Origin: Mizuhopecten yessoensis
Lineage: Eukaryota
Length of the DNA: 64,000 bases
Assembly: GCF_002113885.1 (NCBI RefSeq)
Contig: NW_018408912.1
Location: 1-64,000 of the forward strand
Reading direction: 5' to 3'
Part shown: positions 11,761-25,669 of the stretch, piece by piece
Layout: the number at the start of each line of letters is the position of its first letter
Numbering within the stretch: position 1 is the first letter of the stretch
Notes under the pieces: model-generated
Seen by the model: only the letters and a program-made list of their open reading frames with translations
Told to the model about the DNA's origin: nothing
Databases searched by the model: none
Position numbers and translations under genes: made by a program

Positions 11761-13000
11761 TTCCAATAAAATGATGAAGTTATATTAATGTTTAACTACA
11801 AATTAATCTCACAAAAAGATCCGTTTTATTATTGGTTTACTGGCAAAACTATTTGTTAGTTGGACAAAACCTGTGCCCAAAATAAAGATTTTCATTATTC
11901 AGAATCATGGACTTTTTTTTCAGTATTGAGGCAAAATTGCATGAGATTAAGTTTTCAACATCAGAGCTTGGACACATTTGTACACTTATCTTGCCAAAAT
12001 AAACATTTCCAATAAGTTCTGCACACACACAAATGGATATAAAATGCTTGTAAGCATTTGCTTGTCCTTTTTCAAATTACATGTTACAGAAATAGGTAAA
12101 TTGTTTATTTTGGCATAAGTTAACACCAAATCGGCACGATTGGTCAAATTAGATGGGTTTTTTTTTTTTTTTTGTATGTGAATGTACCATTTTTCGTGCA
12201 TTAATATAAGATAAAATGTGATGTTTAAAGAAGCTAGAAATAGACTCATATGGTCACTGAGATTAAGTAATTAGTATGTTCTGCATTTAAATAGAAAACA
12301 AAAGCCAATATTGTCAAGCTAAAAATGCTTTTAGGCCATTTTCATAGTTCAATAACTTTTCAATGCAATACCTCTGCTGTATCATTTTGGTAAATCTGTA
12401 ATATATATTTCAGTTGGTCTTGCTATACGTTTAATCTTATATATCCAGTATCGTAAAAGAGGTAGATATTACACTTCAAAAGTGGTCAGATATGTGATTT
12501 TCCCGTATTTTCTTGATCCTATAGAAGGTCAGAATAATATTTTACCAAAGTTTGATTCCAGGAGACTTTTTTCCTGTTATAATACTGATAACTACCATTG
12601 CAAAAAACAAAACAAAAAAACAAAATTCTGTTGCAATTAGTTTGAGGTTTTGGCTGATTAAGCGTAGGGTGACTAGACTACAAAGGGTATAAACTCATGA
12701 GCAAGTCCGTGAGCAATGCTATTGGGCTCGGAGCATACTTGGATGGAAAGATAGCAAATCTTTCAAAGTCAAAGGTGTTCAAGTGTGTTAAAATTTTGAT
12801 CGACTTCTAAATGATAAGGGCGTCTAGAGTGATGGTATTGGCTATTCAATTTAATTTGTTCGCCACTTATTCTTTTGGGCCTCTTGTTCAAACAAATAAC
12901 AAAGTTTCAAGGAAAAGAATACCAATGCTCCAATAGAATTATGTGAAGCAAACGTAGTCTCAAAAAGATGAAAAACATCCTTGAAACAAAGCCATCCTAC

Positions 13001-13098
13001 CATTTTCGTCTTTTCTTTCCGGGTTATGCAGGGGAAACACGTCCACATGTGGGTCACACACCACGTGACGGTCAGTTTTTCGGGGAGTCTCCATACCA
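13001..13098 (-). CDS. Exon 4 of the C7orf31/SPMIP4-like gene
   Basis: ttgcag acceptor and G|gtagg donor. Encodes GMETPRKTDRHVVCDPHVDVFPLHNPERKDEN; phase 2 in and phase 1 out fit. Confidence 0.8.
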
Positions 13099-13226
13099 CT
13101 GCAATTCAGAGATGAACAAGAAGATACAGTATGTATTATTATACTTCTGTAAGAATGTCCTCGTAAAATGTTCAACAGAATATTAAGCTATTATACTCAA
13201 GATAAACATATTTATTGTACAACGAA

Positions 13227-13333
13227 GGGGGGGGGGGGGGGGGGGAATTGGTGAAAATACATGATTTTTAAAGAAAATTATCAGACTTGGGGGGTTTCCT
13301 GAAGCCCCAAAAACCCCTCTGGATCCGCCACTG
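13227..13333. mobile_element. One end of a small DNA-transposon MITE
   Basis: Ends in 'ctggatccgccactg', the reverse complement of the common MITE terminus CAGTGGCGGATCCAG, preceded by G-tracts. The partner end was not found. Confidence 0.45.
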
Positions 13334-13431
13334 GCATCCTAAGTCTACGAGCTAGTGTATTATGTTACTAGGCAGCACTAAACCCCCCATAGCAACCCTA
13401 TCATGATGATACAATAGTATATCACAAATAC

Positions 13432-13461
13432 CTGTAATCTGCTTCCAGAGGCTTGGGCAAT
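13432..13461 (-). CDS. Exon 3 (30-nt microexon) of the C7orf31/SPMIP4-like gene
   Basis: tttttcag acceptor and AG|gtatt donor. Encodes LPKPLEADY; symmetric phase 2-2. Confidence 0.7.
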
Positions 13462-14408
13462 CTGAAAAAATAAACAGAAAGTCATCTGACAATACCAAAA
13501 TGTAGTAGCATTTTTCTCGAAATCATTTATCACTTGCGACACGATTCTGTGTATTTGAGCTGAACACATAATCATGTGTATGGATGTGCTCCATTACTAT
13601 GACATTCCCCGGCTTTGAAGGTCCAAGGATAACAGTCACTGTATTGATTGAACGATTCACCAACGCGATAAAGGTAACAAGAAATATAGTGTAATCATTA
13701 AGACGACATTATGAAACTGTTACAGTGTGTTGTTTATCTTTGTTTGTCATGCGACAACCAAAACAAAAATCTTTAAATCTCGGTCACTTCCTGTGAGGTG
13801 GGCGGAGTACAACAGCTTTTACAGAAAGACGTTTGAACTGACTTCGTCGCAATGTGTCTAAATGTTCGGGAACATTCGGGGACATCCAGGGATGTACGTG
13901 TATACTACAACTACATTGTATGAACAGTTTTGTAATGCTTCAATAATACTACATGTAAGCAATTAAAATATATTGTATGATTGGTAGATTTTTTTAGATT
14001 GTTTCAAAGTTGTTGTAAAGTAAAAGGATGTGGTGAGAACAAGACTAAGGGAGATAACTCGTAAAGGATTGGAAGAACTCGCCTGTGGTTGCCGAAGGTA
14101 TCGATTGGGTTATGACTTCCGGCGACTTCTGCTTGGTGACAACAGTCAAAGTTACTGCGGCTGTAAATGAAATAGATCAAGTAAGATAAAAACAGATCAC
14201 GCGTGTTCTACCCTTGTGGGCTGTATGCTTGCCGTACTTATTACGTATATTTGATATTGGAAACGTTCAACATTTCCGTAACTAGGACGTTTCTCAGCCT
14301 TTCAAAGTTTTGAAAACATGTATAGGTTTTAGGTAAATACACCTATTGAGTGTTGCTAACAAATTGTTACATTATGGAGCAAAATTTTGGTCGTGTGATT
14401 TTACTCAC

Positions 14409-14528
14409 AATCCCAAGAGTCCATCAGATAACCGACAGTCCCTCCCGTCTTCATTGAGGACGTCATACTCCCCCCAGCGCGAGTTCTGCCGGGGCGACCA
14501 CGACTGGTTATCGGCAGTCCCAGGGGTC
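14409..14528 (-). CDS. Exon 2 of the C7orf31/SPMIP4-like gene
   Basis: ttttgttacag acceptor and gtgagt donor; 120 nt, GC-rich. Encodes TPGTADNQSWSPRQNSRWGEYDVLNEDGRDCRLSDGLLG; phase 2-2. Confidence 0.8.
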
Positions 14529-14839
14529 CTGTAACAAAAACGGGTTGGATGCTTCTTACGTTTAATTCTATTTATTTTGATGAAGTTGCAAGGTCTCAAT
14601 CAAACAATACTTTATAGCAATCGTTTTACGACTTTTAATTAACGCCGACATCTGTCCTATAAGGCTTCACTTCATATAAGATACATGTTGTTCTAATGTG
14701 TAACTTAAAACCAGGGAAAAGAAGGAATAGTAAAAATATTGAAAGATAGCTGTTGTCATTCTATTTTGTATTGGTGTTAACTATGGACGCAAACTGAAAA
14801 CATCGATAATATGTTAGCAGTCACAACAATATACCAAAA

Positions 14840-16470
14840 GGTACTTGTCAGTCTAAGCCACTCGGCAGCATGTCACATTTCTGGGTACTAGTCAGTCTAA
14901 GCCACTCGGCAGCATGTCACACTTGAGGGTACTAGTCAGTCTAAGCTACTCGGCAGCATGTCACACTTGAGGCTACTAGTCAGTCTTAGCCACTCGGCAG
15001 CATGTCACACTTGAGGCTACTAGTCAGTCTAAGCCACTCAGCAGCATGTCATCCTTGAGGGTACCTTTCAGTCTAAGTCACTCGGCAGCATGCCACACGT
15101 AATGGTACTTGTCAGTCTAAGACACTCGGCAGCATGTCACACTTGAGGGTACTAGTCAGTCTAAGCCACGCGACAGCATGTCATACGTAATGGTACTTGT
15201 CAGTCTCAGACACTCGGCAGCATGTCACACTTGAGGGTACTTGTCAGTCTAAGCCACTCGGCAACATGTCACAATTGAGGGTACTAGTCAGTATAAGCCA
15301 CCCGGTAGCATGTCACACTTGAGGGTACTTGTCAGTCTAAGCCACTCGGCAACATGTCACAATTGAGGGTACTAGTCTAGGCCACTCGGCAGCATGTCAC
15401 CCTTGAGGGTACTTGTCAGTCTAAGCCACTCGGCAGCATGTCACACTTGAGGCTACTAGTCAGTCTAAGCCACTCAGCAGCATGTCATCCTTGAGGGTAC
15501 TTGTCAGTCTAAGTCATGCGGCAGCATGTCACACGTAATGGTACTTGTCAGTCTCAGACACTCGGCAGCATGTCACACTTGAGGGTACTAGTCAGTCTAA
15601 GCCACTGGGCAACATGTCACAATTGAGGGTACTAGTCAGTATAAGCCACCCGGCAGCATGTCACACTTGAGGGTACTAGTCAGTCTAAGCCACTGGGCAA
15701 CATGTCACAATTAAGGGTACTAGTCAGTGTAAGCCACCCTGCAGCATGTCACACTTAAGGGTACTAGTCAGTCTAAGCCACTCGGCAACATTTCACAATT
15801 GAGGGTACTAGTCTAAGCCACTCGGCATCATGTCACCCTTGAGGGGACTTGTCAGTCTAAGCCACTCGGCAGCATGTCACACGTGAGGGCACTAGTCAGT
15901 TTAAGCCACTCGGCAGCATGTCACAATTGAGGATACTAGTCAGTATAAGCCACCCGGCAGCATGTCACACTTATGGGTATTAGTCAGTCTAAGCCACTCG
16001 GCAACATGTCACAATTGAGGGTACTAGTCTAAGCCACTCGGCAGCATGTCGCCCTTGAGGGTACTTGTCAGTCTAAGCCACTCGGCAGCATGTCACACTT
16101 GAGGGCACTAGTCAGTTTAAGCCACTCGGCAGCATGTCACAATTGAGGGTACTAGTCAGTCTAAGCCACCCGGCAGCATGTCACACTTGAGGGTACTAGT
16201 CAGTCTTAGCCACTCGCCAACATGTCACAATTGAGGGTAGTAGTCTAAGCCGCTCGGCAGCATGTCACCCTTGAGGGTACTTGTCAGTCTAAGCCACTCG
16301 GCAGCAAGTCATTCTTGAGGGTACTAGTCAGCCTAAGCCACTCGGCAGCATGTCACACTTGAGGGTACTAGTCAGTCTAAGCCACTCGGCAGCATGTCAC
16401 ACTTGAGGGTACTAGTCAGTCTAAGCCACTCAGCAGCATGTCACACTTGAGGGTACTAGTCAGTCTTAGC
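14840..16470. repeat. 44-bp minisatellite, ~37 copies
   Basis: Unit gggtactagtcagtctaagccactcggcagcatgtcacacttga; period 44 measured at 16321/16365. Confidence 0.95.
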
Positions 16471-17039
16471 CTTTCATGATAAAATGTGAAATCATCATTC
16501 ATGAAAAAAATATTTTGATTTTAAAGGCGAAGGTGGCTGACGGTTTCTGGTAGCATTTTACTAAGGCAACAGATAACAAGAGATAACATTTGATTATTAA
16601 GCATTAAGATACTGATTAAATTGCTTTTCATATAGAAAAACAACTGCAACGGTAGCCCGGGGGTCAGTTCTAAATGCAAAATCAAGAGATTTGAGTAATT
16701 AAATCGGCGATAACTATATCAAATGTGGATTTCTGAATGTACATATAAGCCCGTAACGCTAGTTCAGGCCCTAGAGGAACCAGAGCCGTTCTGAGGCCAG
16801 CACAAGCAATTAACTTACAGGAGGTCGTTTGGAGATAATAAAACGTTATTGAATTGGACCGATGGGGGTTACCAGCAAATATTCATTGACAGCAGAAGTC
16901 GATTAATAACAGCAAAAAACACTTCTGTGAAAAGAGGTGAATTGCAAACAGTACAGAAGTGCAAAAATTGAGATGAGTGTATAACATTACGGGAGGGTCC
17001 GACTGGGAACAGGATTGGAGACACAAATGATTAAATAAG

Positions 17040-19835
17040 ATTAGTTGAATAGGAGACAGTAACTAATTACAGAAATAGTTAAACAGGAGACAGTAACTCA
17101 TTACAGTAAAAAGTGAAATAGCAGACAGTAACAAATTACAGGAATAGTTAAATAGGAGACAGTTATCCATTACAGAAATAGTTAAATAGGAGACAGTAAC
17201 CCATTACAGAAATAGTTAAATAGGAGACAGTTGTAACTCATTACAGAAACAGTTAAATAAGAGACAGTAACTAATTACAGAAATAATAAAATAAGAGACA
17301 GTTGTAACTCATTACAGAAAAAAGTGAAATAGGAGACAGTAACAAATTACAGAAATAATAAGAGACAATTGTAACTCAATAAAAAAAAGTTAAATAGGAG
17401 ACAGTAACCATTTACAGAAACAGTTAAAAAGGAGACAGTAACCAATTACATAAACAGTTAAATAGGAGACAATGACCAAATACAGAAATAGTTAAAAAGG
17501 AGACAGTAACCAATTACAGAAACAGTTAAATAGGAGACAGTAACCAATTACAGAAACAGTTAAATAGGACACAGTAACCAACTACAGAAACAGTTAAATA
17601 GGAGACAGTAACCAACTACAGAAACAGTTAAATAGGAAACATTTGTAACTCATTACAAAAAAAAGTGAAATAGGAGACAGTAACCAATTACAGAAACAGT
17701 TAAATAGGAGTCAGTAACCCATTACAGAAATAGTTAAATAGGAGACAGAAACAGTTTAATAGGAATCAGTTACTCATTACAGAAATAATAAAATAAGAGA
17801 CAGTTGTAACTCATTACAGAAATAGTTAAATAGGAGACAGTAACCAATTACAGAAATAGTTAAATAGGAGTCAGTAACCCATTACAGAAATAGTTAAATA
17901 GGAGACAGAAACAGTTTAATAGGAATCAGTTACTCATTACAGAAATAATAAAATAAGAGACAGTTGTAACTCATTACAGAAATAGTTAAATAGGAGACAT
18001 TAACCAATTACAGAAACAGTTAAATAGGACACAGTAACCAACTACAGAAACAGTTAAATAGGAGCCAGTGACCAATTACAGAAATAGTTAAACAGGAGAC
18101 AGTAGCCAATTACAGAAACAGTTAAATAGGAGACAGCAAACAATTACAGAAACAGTTAAATAGGACACAGTAACCAACTACAGAAACAGTTAAATAGGAG
18201 CCAGTAACCAATTACAGAAATAGTTAAATAGGAGACAGTAGCCAATTACAGAAACAGTTAAATAGGAGACAGTAAACAATTACAGAAACAGTTAAATAGG
18301 ACACAGTAACCAACTACAGAAACAGTTAAATAGGAGCCAGTNATTACAGAAATAGTTAAATAGGAGTCAGTACCCCATTACAGAAACAGTTAAATAGGAG
18401 ACAGAAACAGTTGAATAGGAATCAGTTACTCATTACAGAATTATTAAAATAAGAGACAGTTGTAACTCATTACAGAAATAGTTAAATAGGACACAGTAAC
18501 CAACTACAGAAACAGTTAAATAGGACACAGTAACCAACAACAGAAACAGTTAAATAGGAGACAGTAACCAATTACAGAAACAGTTAAATAGGACACAGTA
18601 ACCAACTACAGAAACAGTTAAATAGGACACAGTAACCAACTACAGAAACAGTTAAATAGGACACAGTAACCAACTACAGAAACAGTTAAATAGGACACAG
18701 TAACCAACACCAGAAACAGTTAAATAGGAGACAGTAACCAATTACAGAAACAGTTAAATAGGACACAGTAACCAACACCAGAAACAGTTAAATAGGAGAC
18801 AGTAACCAATTACAGAAACAGTTAAATAGGACACAGTAACCAACTACAGAAACAGTTAAATAGGACACAGTAACCAACTACAGAAACAGTTAAATAGGAC
18901 ACAGTAACCAACAACAGAAACAGTTAAATAGGAGACAGTAACCAATTACAGAAATAGTTAAATAGGAGTCAGTACCCCATTACAGAAACAGTTAAATAGG
19001 AGACAGAAACAGTTGAATAGGAATCAGTTACTCATTACAGAATTATTAAAATAAGAGACAGTTGTAACTCATTACAGAAATAGTTAAATAGGAGCCAGTA
19101 ACCAATTACAGAAATAGTTAAATAGCAGACAGTAATCCATTACAGAAATAGTTAAATAGCAGACAGTGACCAATTACAGAAATAGTTAAATAGGAGACAG
19201 TAACCCATTACAGAAATAGTTAAATAGGAGACAGTAACCCATTACAGAAATAGTTAAATAGGAGACAGAAACAGTTTAATAGGAATCAGTTACTCATTAC
19301 AGAAATAATAAAATAAGAGACAGTTGTAACTCATTACAGAAATAGTTAAATAGGAGCCAGTAACCAATTACAGAAATAGTTAAATAGCAGACAGTGACCA
19401 ATTACAGAAATAGTTAAATAGAAGACAGTGACCAATTACAGAAATAGTTAAATAGGAGTCAGTAACCCATTACAGAAATAGTTAAATAGGAGACAGTGAC
19501 CAATTACAGAAACAGTTAAATAGGAGACAGTGACCAATTACAGAAATAGTTAAATAGGAGACAGTAACCAATTAGGCCTACAAAAATAGTTAAATAGGAG
19601 TCAGTAACCCATTACAGAAATAGTTAAATAGGAGACAGAAACAGTTTAATAGGAATCAGTTACTCATTACAGAAATAATAAAATAAGAGACAGTTGTAAC
19701 TCATTACAGAAATAGTTAAATAGGACACAGTAACCAACTACAGAAACAGTTAAATAGGACACAGTAACCAACTACAGAAACAGTTAAAAAGGAAACAGTA
19801 ACCCATTACAGAAACAGTTAAATAGGAGACAGTAA
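17040..19835. repeat. 34-bp minisatellite, ~80 copies, with an assembly N at 18342
   Basis: Unit acagaaacagttaaataggagacagtaaccaatt; period 34 measured at 17521/17555. Confidence 0.95.
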
Positions 19836-20166
19836 TGAAAGTTTGATATTTAGAAATATTTAAACTTCTGTAAACCCTGTCCTTTTTTTAAAATATTTTA
19901 TGATAAGAACTCACCAAAAATCCAACGTAAAACATATAATGTTATTAAAAATGACTTAAGTTATGTTGATAGTTCATCAACGTGTAAATATGTTGTTGAA
20001 AAAACAGATTCCTTAATGACTTGGTAAAACCCATGCCGCATGTAGATTTAAGTAGGCTAGCATTGATATATTGCACGAGGAAGACGTATACAAATAACCT
20101 ACACAATTGTACACTACTTATTGCTAATGATGGTGGTGTATGTTGCTGGTACGTCTCTGGTCTTAC

Positions 20167-20210
20167 CTCGCAAACTGTGAGAGAGGATCCTGTCCATAGA
20201 TTGCCGACAT
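20167..20210 (-). CDS. Exon 1 (start) of the C7orf31/SPMIP4-like gene
   Basis: caaaATG context, MSAIYGQDPLSQFA(R), and an AG|gtaaga donor in phase 2 matching exon 2. The joined CDS is 1131 nt (376 aa). Confidence 0.75.
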
Positions 20211-20219
20211 TTTGCTGAT

Positions 20220-20285
20220 CAGCCCCGCCTGAGTGTGCCTGACAACCAGCTCGTGACGTGACAATGGATATGACGTCACAATGGG
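20220..20285 (-). promoter_or_regulatory. Putative proximal promoter of the C7orf31-like gene
   Basis: GC box (ccccgcc), CRE palindrome TGACGTCA at 20271-20278 and a second tgacgt half-site lie directly upstream of the start codon. Confidence 0.4.
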
Positions 20286-20749
20286 AAGAACGTCATAGTA
20301 AAGAATTGGCAAAAGGTATCACGCTTACCGCTTGGTGTCTTTTCATCCGGAATTTCTAACGAATAACATTGGATATTTCACGTTTACAAATGGAGTAAAC
20401 ATTATTCAGATGAGGAAATCCGATTGAAATGTCGTGTATGTGAACGATGAACATTCTTTGAAATTACCTCCTTGAAACTAAAAGATCGCTTGTTTTTTTG
20501 TTCAGTGTGTTAGAGTAGCCTCATGTACATTTTCGGATGGCAACTGTTATTACGTCTGCACATAAATGAAATTGAGAAATTTGCTGTTATGCTGTTATAT
20601 TCATGTCATTAGAAGCTATGGGGGTACAGTTACAGAGTTTTAGGGAAACAGCTATAGACATTCTATTAAATAATACCCATAGAATCTAGAGGACAAATCG
20701 AGAAGTCCAGGCAGCATAGTTATGGAGTATAGAGATCATATTATATGGC

Positions 20750-21075
20750 GTTTTTGGAACACAGCTATTGACGCTTGGGGAAAACTATGCAGATTTAGAA
20801 ACACCTTCAGCTATCGAGTATAAGGAAATATATTTGTGCTTGGGGAAAACTATGGAGATTTAGTAACACCTTCAGCTATCGAGTCTAAGGGAATCTATTT
20901 AAATGAAGTATACTATGTAGGGAACACAGATAGAGTATATTGGAACACAGCTATTGATGCTTGGGGATAACTATGGAGATTTAGTAACACCTTCAGCTAT
21001 CGAGTCTAAGGGAATATATTTAAATGAAGTATACTATGTAGGGAACACAGATAGAGTATATTGGAACACAGCTGC
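20750..21075. repeat. Degenerate tandem duplication (three related blocks)
   Basis: 'gcttgggga.aactatg.agatttag.aacaccttcagctatcgagt.taagg' occurs three times. Confidence 0.8.
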
Positions 21076-22688
21076 GGAGACTACAGATTGGGACACACAT
21101 ATGCTATTGCTATCGTATCTAGTAATTATATCAAAGTTTATTTAACTTAAAATAAGATAATCCGACACGTACACATCTATCTCAATCAGTTGATACTGCA
21201 GTCATGCACGACTTATTTTAAACAAAACAAGTTTAGTTGTTTGTAGGAGACTTATGTTGACGAACACGAACTGTAAATACTAGTACGTCCGAAAGGGATT
21301 AAATCTTCATACCGTAAGTAAAGAAGGATAGTAGACATTGAATTATATACATGTTGAAATGGATTTCCATTATGCGATGGAATTGCACATTTCATTTCGA
21401 TTGTGCTTGCAAAGATTCATATTTCACTTACAAAAGCTTTGTCCTTTTAGTTTATCCGACGGGAATAATTCAATCCAATCGATAACACTTATTGTTTGGT
21501 TTAGGATGAGGGAAACAAATATCACTATCGGAAAATGAAATATCGCATCATGTTTTAAAATCCTTACATACAAGTGGTTCCGATGCTGTGGGAGAAATAC
21601 AATAATCTATTGATTTCGATTGTTCGAAGAACAAAATCTGGAATAGCACTACAGTTTCATGATACATGGGCCAGCTATCTTAAATGTCCTACATAGGGTT
21701 AATAACAAACTGTTCCGTATTCTACAAATACATAAAAATAATGTTTAGATGGCGGGGGGTCAACCCTTACCTATGGAAAACTAACATTATTCCTGGCCCC
21801 GTTTTCTTTCCGTTTTTCATTTTTGCACCCAAGAAGGTATTATATCATGTTGTTTAAAATCAGACAACACATTTTTAAACCCATTCAAGGACAAATGGGG
21901 CGTCATTAATTTACACCACAATCTTTACTTTATGGTTATGTTAAAAAATGCTTCCTCTTCGTAAGATAGACAAAGTTTTACGCGATAGTACATTTTTTAA
22001 GGGCTGGACAGACTGCTTCCTGTATTATTTTGATACGAAATCCTTTTTTTTTAATGAATAATTTTATTAATCATTTAGTTTAGTGGGCAAAATGTAGATG
22101 TGCGTCTACATTTGTACATGTTTTTATACTTTCTCGACAGTTGACAATAAACCAATATTCAACATGTGGATTTTTAAAAGTTCAAAAACCGGCAAATTTC
22201 TGTATCTTGCTAATTCAAGCTCATCAAGCTTATGTGAGGTGCCCTATATCACGATGCACGGCTTTACATTATATGTACGTCTGGGCCTGTTACCTTACAG
22301 TTCCCTGGGACAAGGGAGTCGATATTACACTTTACATGGCTTGTACATGGTTCTCCTGATCCTGGTGTGAGTAAATGGGTGAGTGAGGGGTAATATATGT
22401 TTAGAAAATGTTTAAATTGCTTAAATAGTTTCTCGAAAAGAAGATCAAAACCTTACCTAATTTTTCTTTTTGTGTGTGTGCTGATTTAAAAATTAATATA
22501 AAATAATTTAATGCTTGAAGTATTCATGCATTTGGTATCGAAATAAGGAGGATTTTATTTTCAAACATCTTGATGAGAAACTTGTGAAAAAATCGCTATT
22601 TTTGATCTTCTTTCGTCCGCATATGTGATTATTTGCTCAGAGAAAAAACCGGTTTTCAAAACCAAACTCAGATGTAGTATTCTAACGC

Positions 22689-22851
22689 CTATAAATGTGT
22701 GTTATACAATGTATTACAGTCTATAAATGTGTGTTATACAATGTATTACAGTCTATAAATATATGTTATACAATGTATTAAAGTCTATAAATGTGTGTTA
22801 TACAATGTATTACAGTCTATAAATGTGTGTTATACAATGTATTACAGTCTA
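22689..22851. repeat. 32-bp tandem repeat, ~5 copies
   Basis: Unit ctataaatgtgtgttatacaatgtattacagt. Confidence 0.9.
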
Positions 22852-23481
22852 TTTGTGATTGAGTTTTGTTATTTTTGTATGGGTGTCACATGTCTGAAAA
22901 CGTTATTCTAATAGTGCGTATATTTGCATTCCATTACAGATGAAAAGAGAAAGAAGGCAGTGTGTATCCTTAATGAAAACTGGCCCTGTAGTATGAAGTA
23001 CCTGAGCAATGTGAAGAGCTTAAGAGCCTTACACACACCTGATTAACGCGCCCAGTATATAATAACCAAGTCGACACAAGTTGGGTTAAATAATTAAGCC
23101 AACACGAGTTTTATTATATGTAGTTAAAAAGGTACAAAATCCTACTAATCGAAAGATTATGCACTGTACAAGTTATTTAAAAATCGCTCGTACACTCGGT
23201 TCGTTAATTTGAAAGACTGATTTTTAAAGATTGAATGTACTGTACTCAAATGAACACATCGGGATAGAATCGAAGTCAGAGTAAGACGTTTTTTTAGAAA
23301 GTTTTGATTGAACATTTCTTGATAGTAATGATACATGTAATAATACGTTGTAATTTCATCATGTTTTCGTACTTTGTCTTCCATTTTTCTGGTTTAATTC
23401 TACCTTTGTATTGAGTAGTATCAAGTTTTCACAAGTGTGTTGAAGTCCTCCAACCTTTTCACCACAGAATATTATCGTAGT

Positions 23482-25308
23482 ATATGGAACATTGATATAA
23501 CAAAGACTAAGATATGGAACATTGATATAACAAAGACTAAGATATGGAACATTGATATAACAAAGACTAAGATATGGAACATTGATGAAACAAAGACTAA
23601 GATATGGAACATTGATGAAACAAAGACTAAGATATGGAACATTGATGAAACAAAGACTAAGATATGGAACATTGATGAAACAAAGACTAAGATATGGAAC
23701 ATTGATGAAACAAAGACTAAGATATGGAACATTGATGAAACAAAGACTAAGATATGGAACATTGATGAAACAAAGACTAAGATATGGAACATTGATGAAA
23801 CAAAGACTAAGATATGGAACATTGATGAAACAAAGACTAAGATATGGAACATTGATGAAACAAAGACTAAGATATGGAACATTGATGAAACAAAGACTAA
23901 GATATGGAACATTGATGAAACAAAGACTAAGATATGGAACATTGATGAAACAAAGACTAAGATATGGAACATTGATGAAACAAAGACTAAGATATGGAAC
24001 ATTGATGAAACAAAGACTAAGATATGGAACATTGATGAAACAAAGACTAAGATATGGAACATTGATGAAACAAAGACTAAGATATGGAACATTGATGAAA
24101 CAAAGACTAAGATATGGAACATTGATGAAACAAAGACTAAGATATGGAACATTGATGAAACAAAGACTAAGATATGGAACATTGATGAAACAAAGACTAA
24201 GATATGGAACATTGATGAAACAAAGACTAAGATATGGAACATTGATGAAACAAAGACTAAGATATGGAACATTGATGAAACAAAGACTAAGATATGGAAC
24301 ATTGATGAAACAAAGACTAAGATATGGAACATTGATGAAACAAAGACTAAGATATGGAACATTGATGAAACAAAGACTAAGATATGGAACATTGATGAAA
24401 CAAAGACTAAGATATGGAACATTGATGAAACAAAGACTAAGATATGGAACATTGATGAAACAAAGACTAAGATATGGAACATTGATGAAACAAAGACTAA
24501 GATATGGAACATTGATGAAACAAAGACTAAGATATGGAACATTGATGAAACAAAGACTAAGATATGGAACATTGATGAAACAAAGACTAAGATATGGAAC
24601 ATTGATGAAACAAAGACTAAGATATGGAACATTGATGAAACAAAGACTAAGATATGGAACATTGATGAAACAAAGACTAAGATATGGAACATTGATGAAA
24701 CAAAGACTAAGATATGGAACATTGATGAAACAAAGACTAAGATATGGAACATTGATGAAACAAAGACTAAGATATGGAACATTGATATAACAAAGACTAA
24801 GATATGGAACATTGATGAAACAAAGACTAAGATATGGAACATTGATGAAACAAAGACTAAGATATGGAACATTGATATAACAAAGACTAAGATATGGAAC
24901 ATTGATGAAACAAAGACTAAGATATGGAACATTGATGAAACAAAGACTAAGATATGGAACATTGATGAAACAAAGACTAAGATATGGAACATTGATATAA
25001 CAAAGACTAAGATATGGAACATTGATGAAACAAAGACTAAGATATGGAACATTGATGAAACAAAGACTAAGATATGGAACATTGATGAAACAAAGACTAA
25101 GATATGGAACATTGATATAACAAAGACTAAGATATGGAACATTGATAAAACAAAGACTAAGATATGGAACATTGATATAACAAAGACTAAGATATGGAAC
25201 ATTGATATAACAAAGACTAAGATATGGAACATTGATATAACAAAGACTAAGATATGGAACATTGATGAAACAAAGACTAAGATATGGAACATTGAAACAA
25301 AGACTAAG
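23482..25308. repeat. Near-perfect 30-bp minisatellite, ~60 copies
   Basis: Unit attgatgaaacaaagactaagatatggaac, with a variant attgatataac...; 40 consecutive identical units at 23581-24780. Confidence 0.98.
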
Positions 25309-25669
25309 ACAGATCAAGTACAATTCGTTTCTACAATTTGTTTGATTAATTGGATTGTCGCTGTTGACATTTTACCATTTTACAGCAATATATATATCAG
25401 CCACCAATCTAGAGACGAAGCTATCTGACATATGTATCTTGTTCGGCTCCATACAGTTTCATCTCTCTGAGCACTCAATTTTATGTTACTGTCGTTATCA
25501 TACATGTATATAAAACATAGTTCGTTTCTCCACATGAAATGTTTGCTGTTTCATATTAATAAAAGTGTTTGAATCACCATATTACTCGCAAAATCGAGAG
25601 ATTTACAGAACTAAAAAAAACCGATAATGACTCCATTTTTTCTGTAGTCTGGCCTTACATGGAGTTAAA

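Noticed and set aside
23359-25428. Four ORFs of 402-663 aa
   Set aside because: They are translations of a 30-bp tandem unit on both strands, with almost no unique flanking coding sequence and no synonymous variation.
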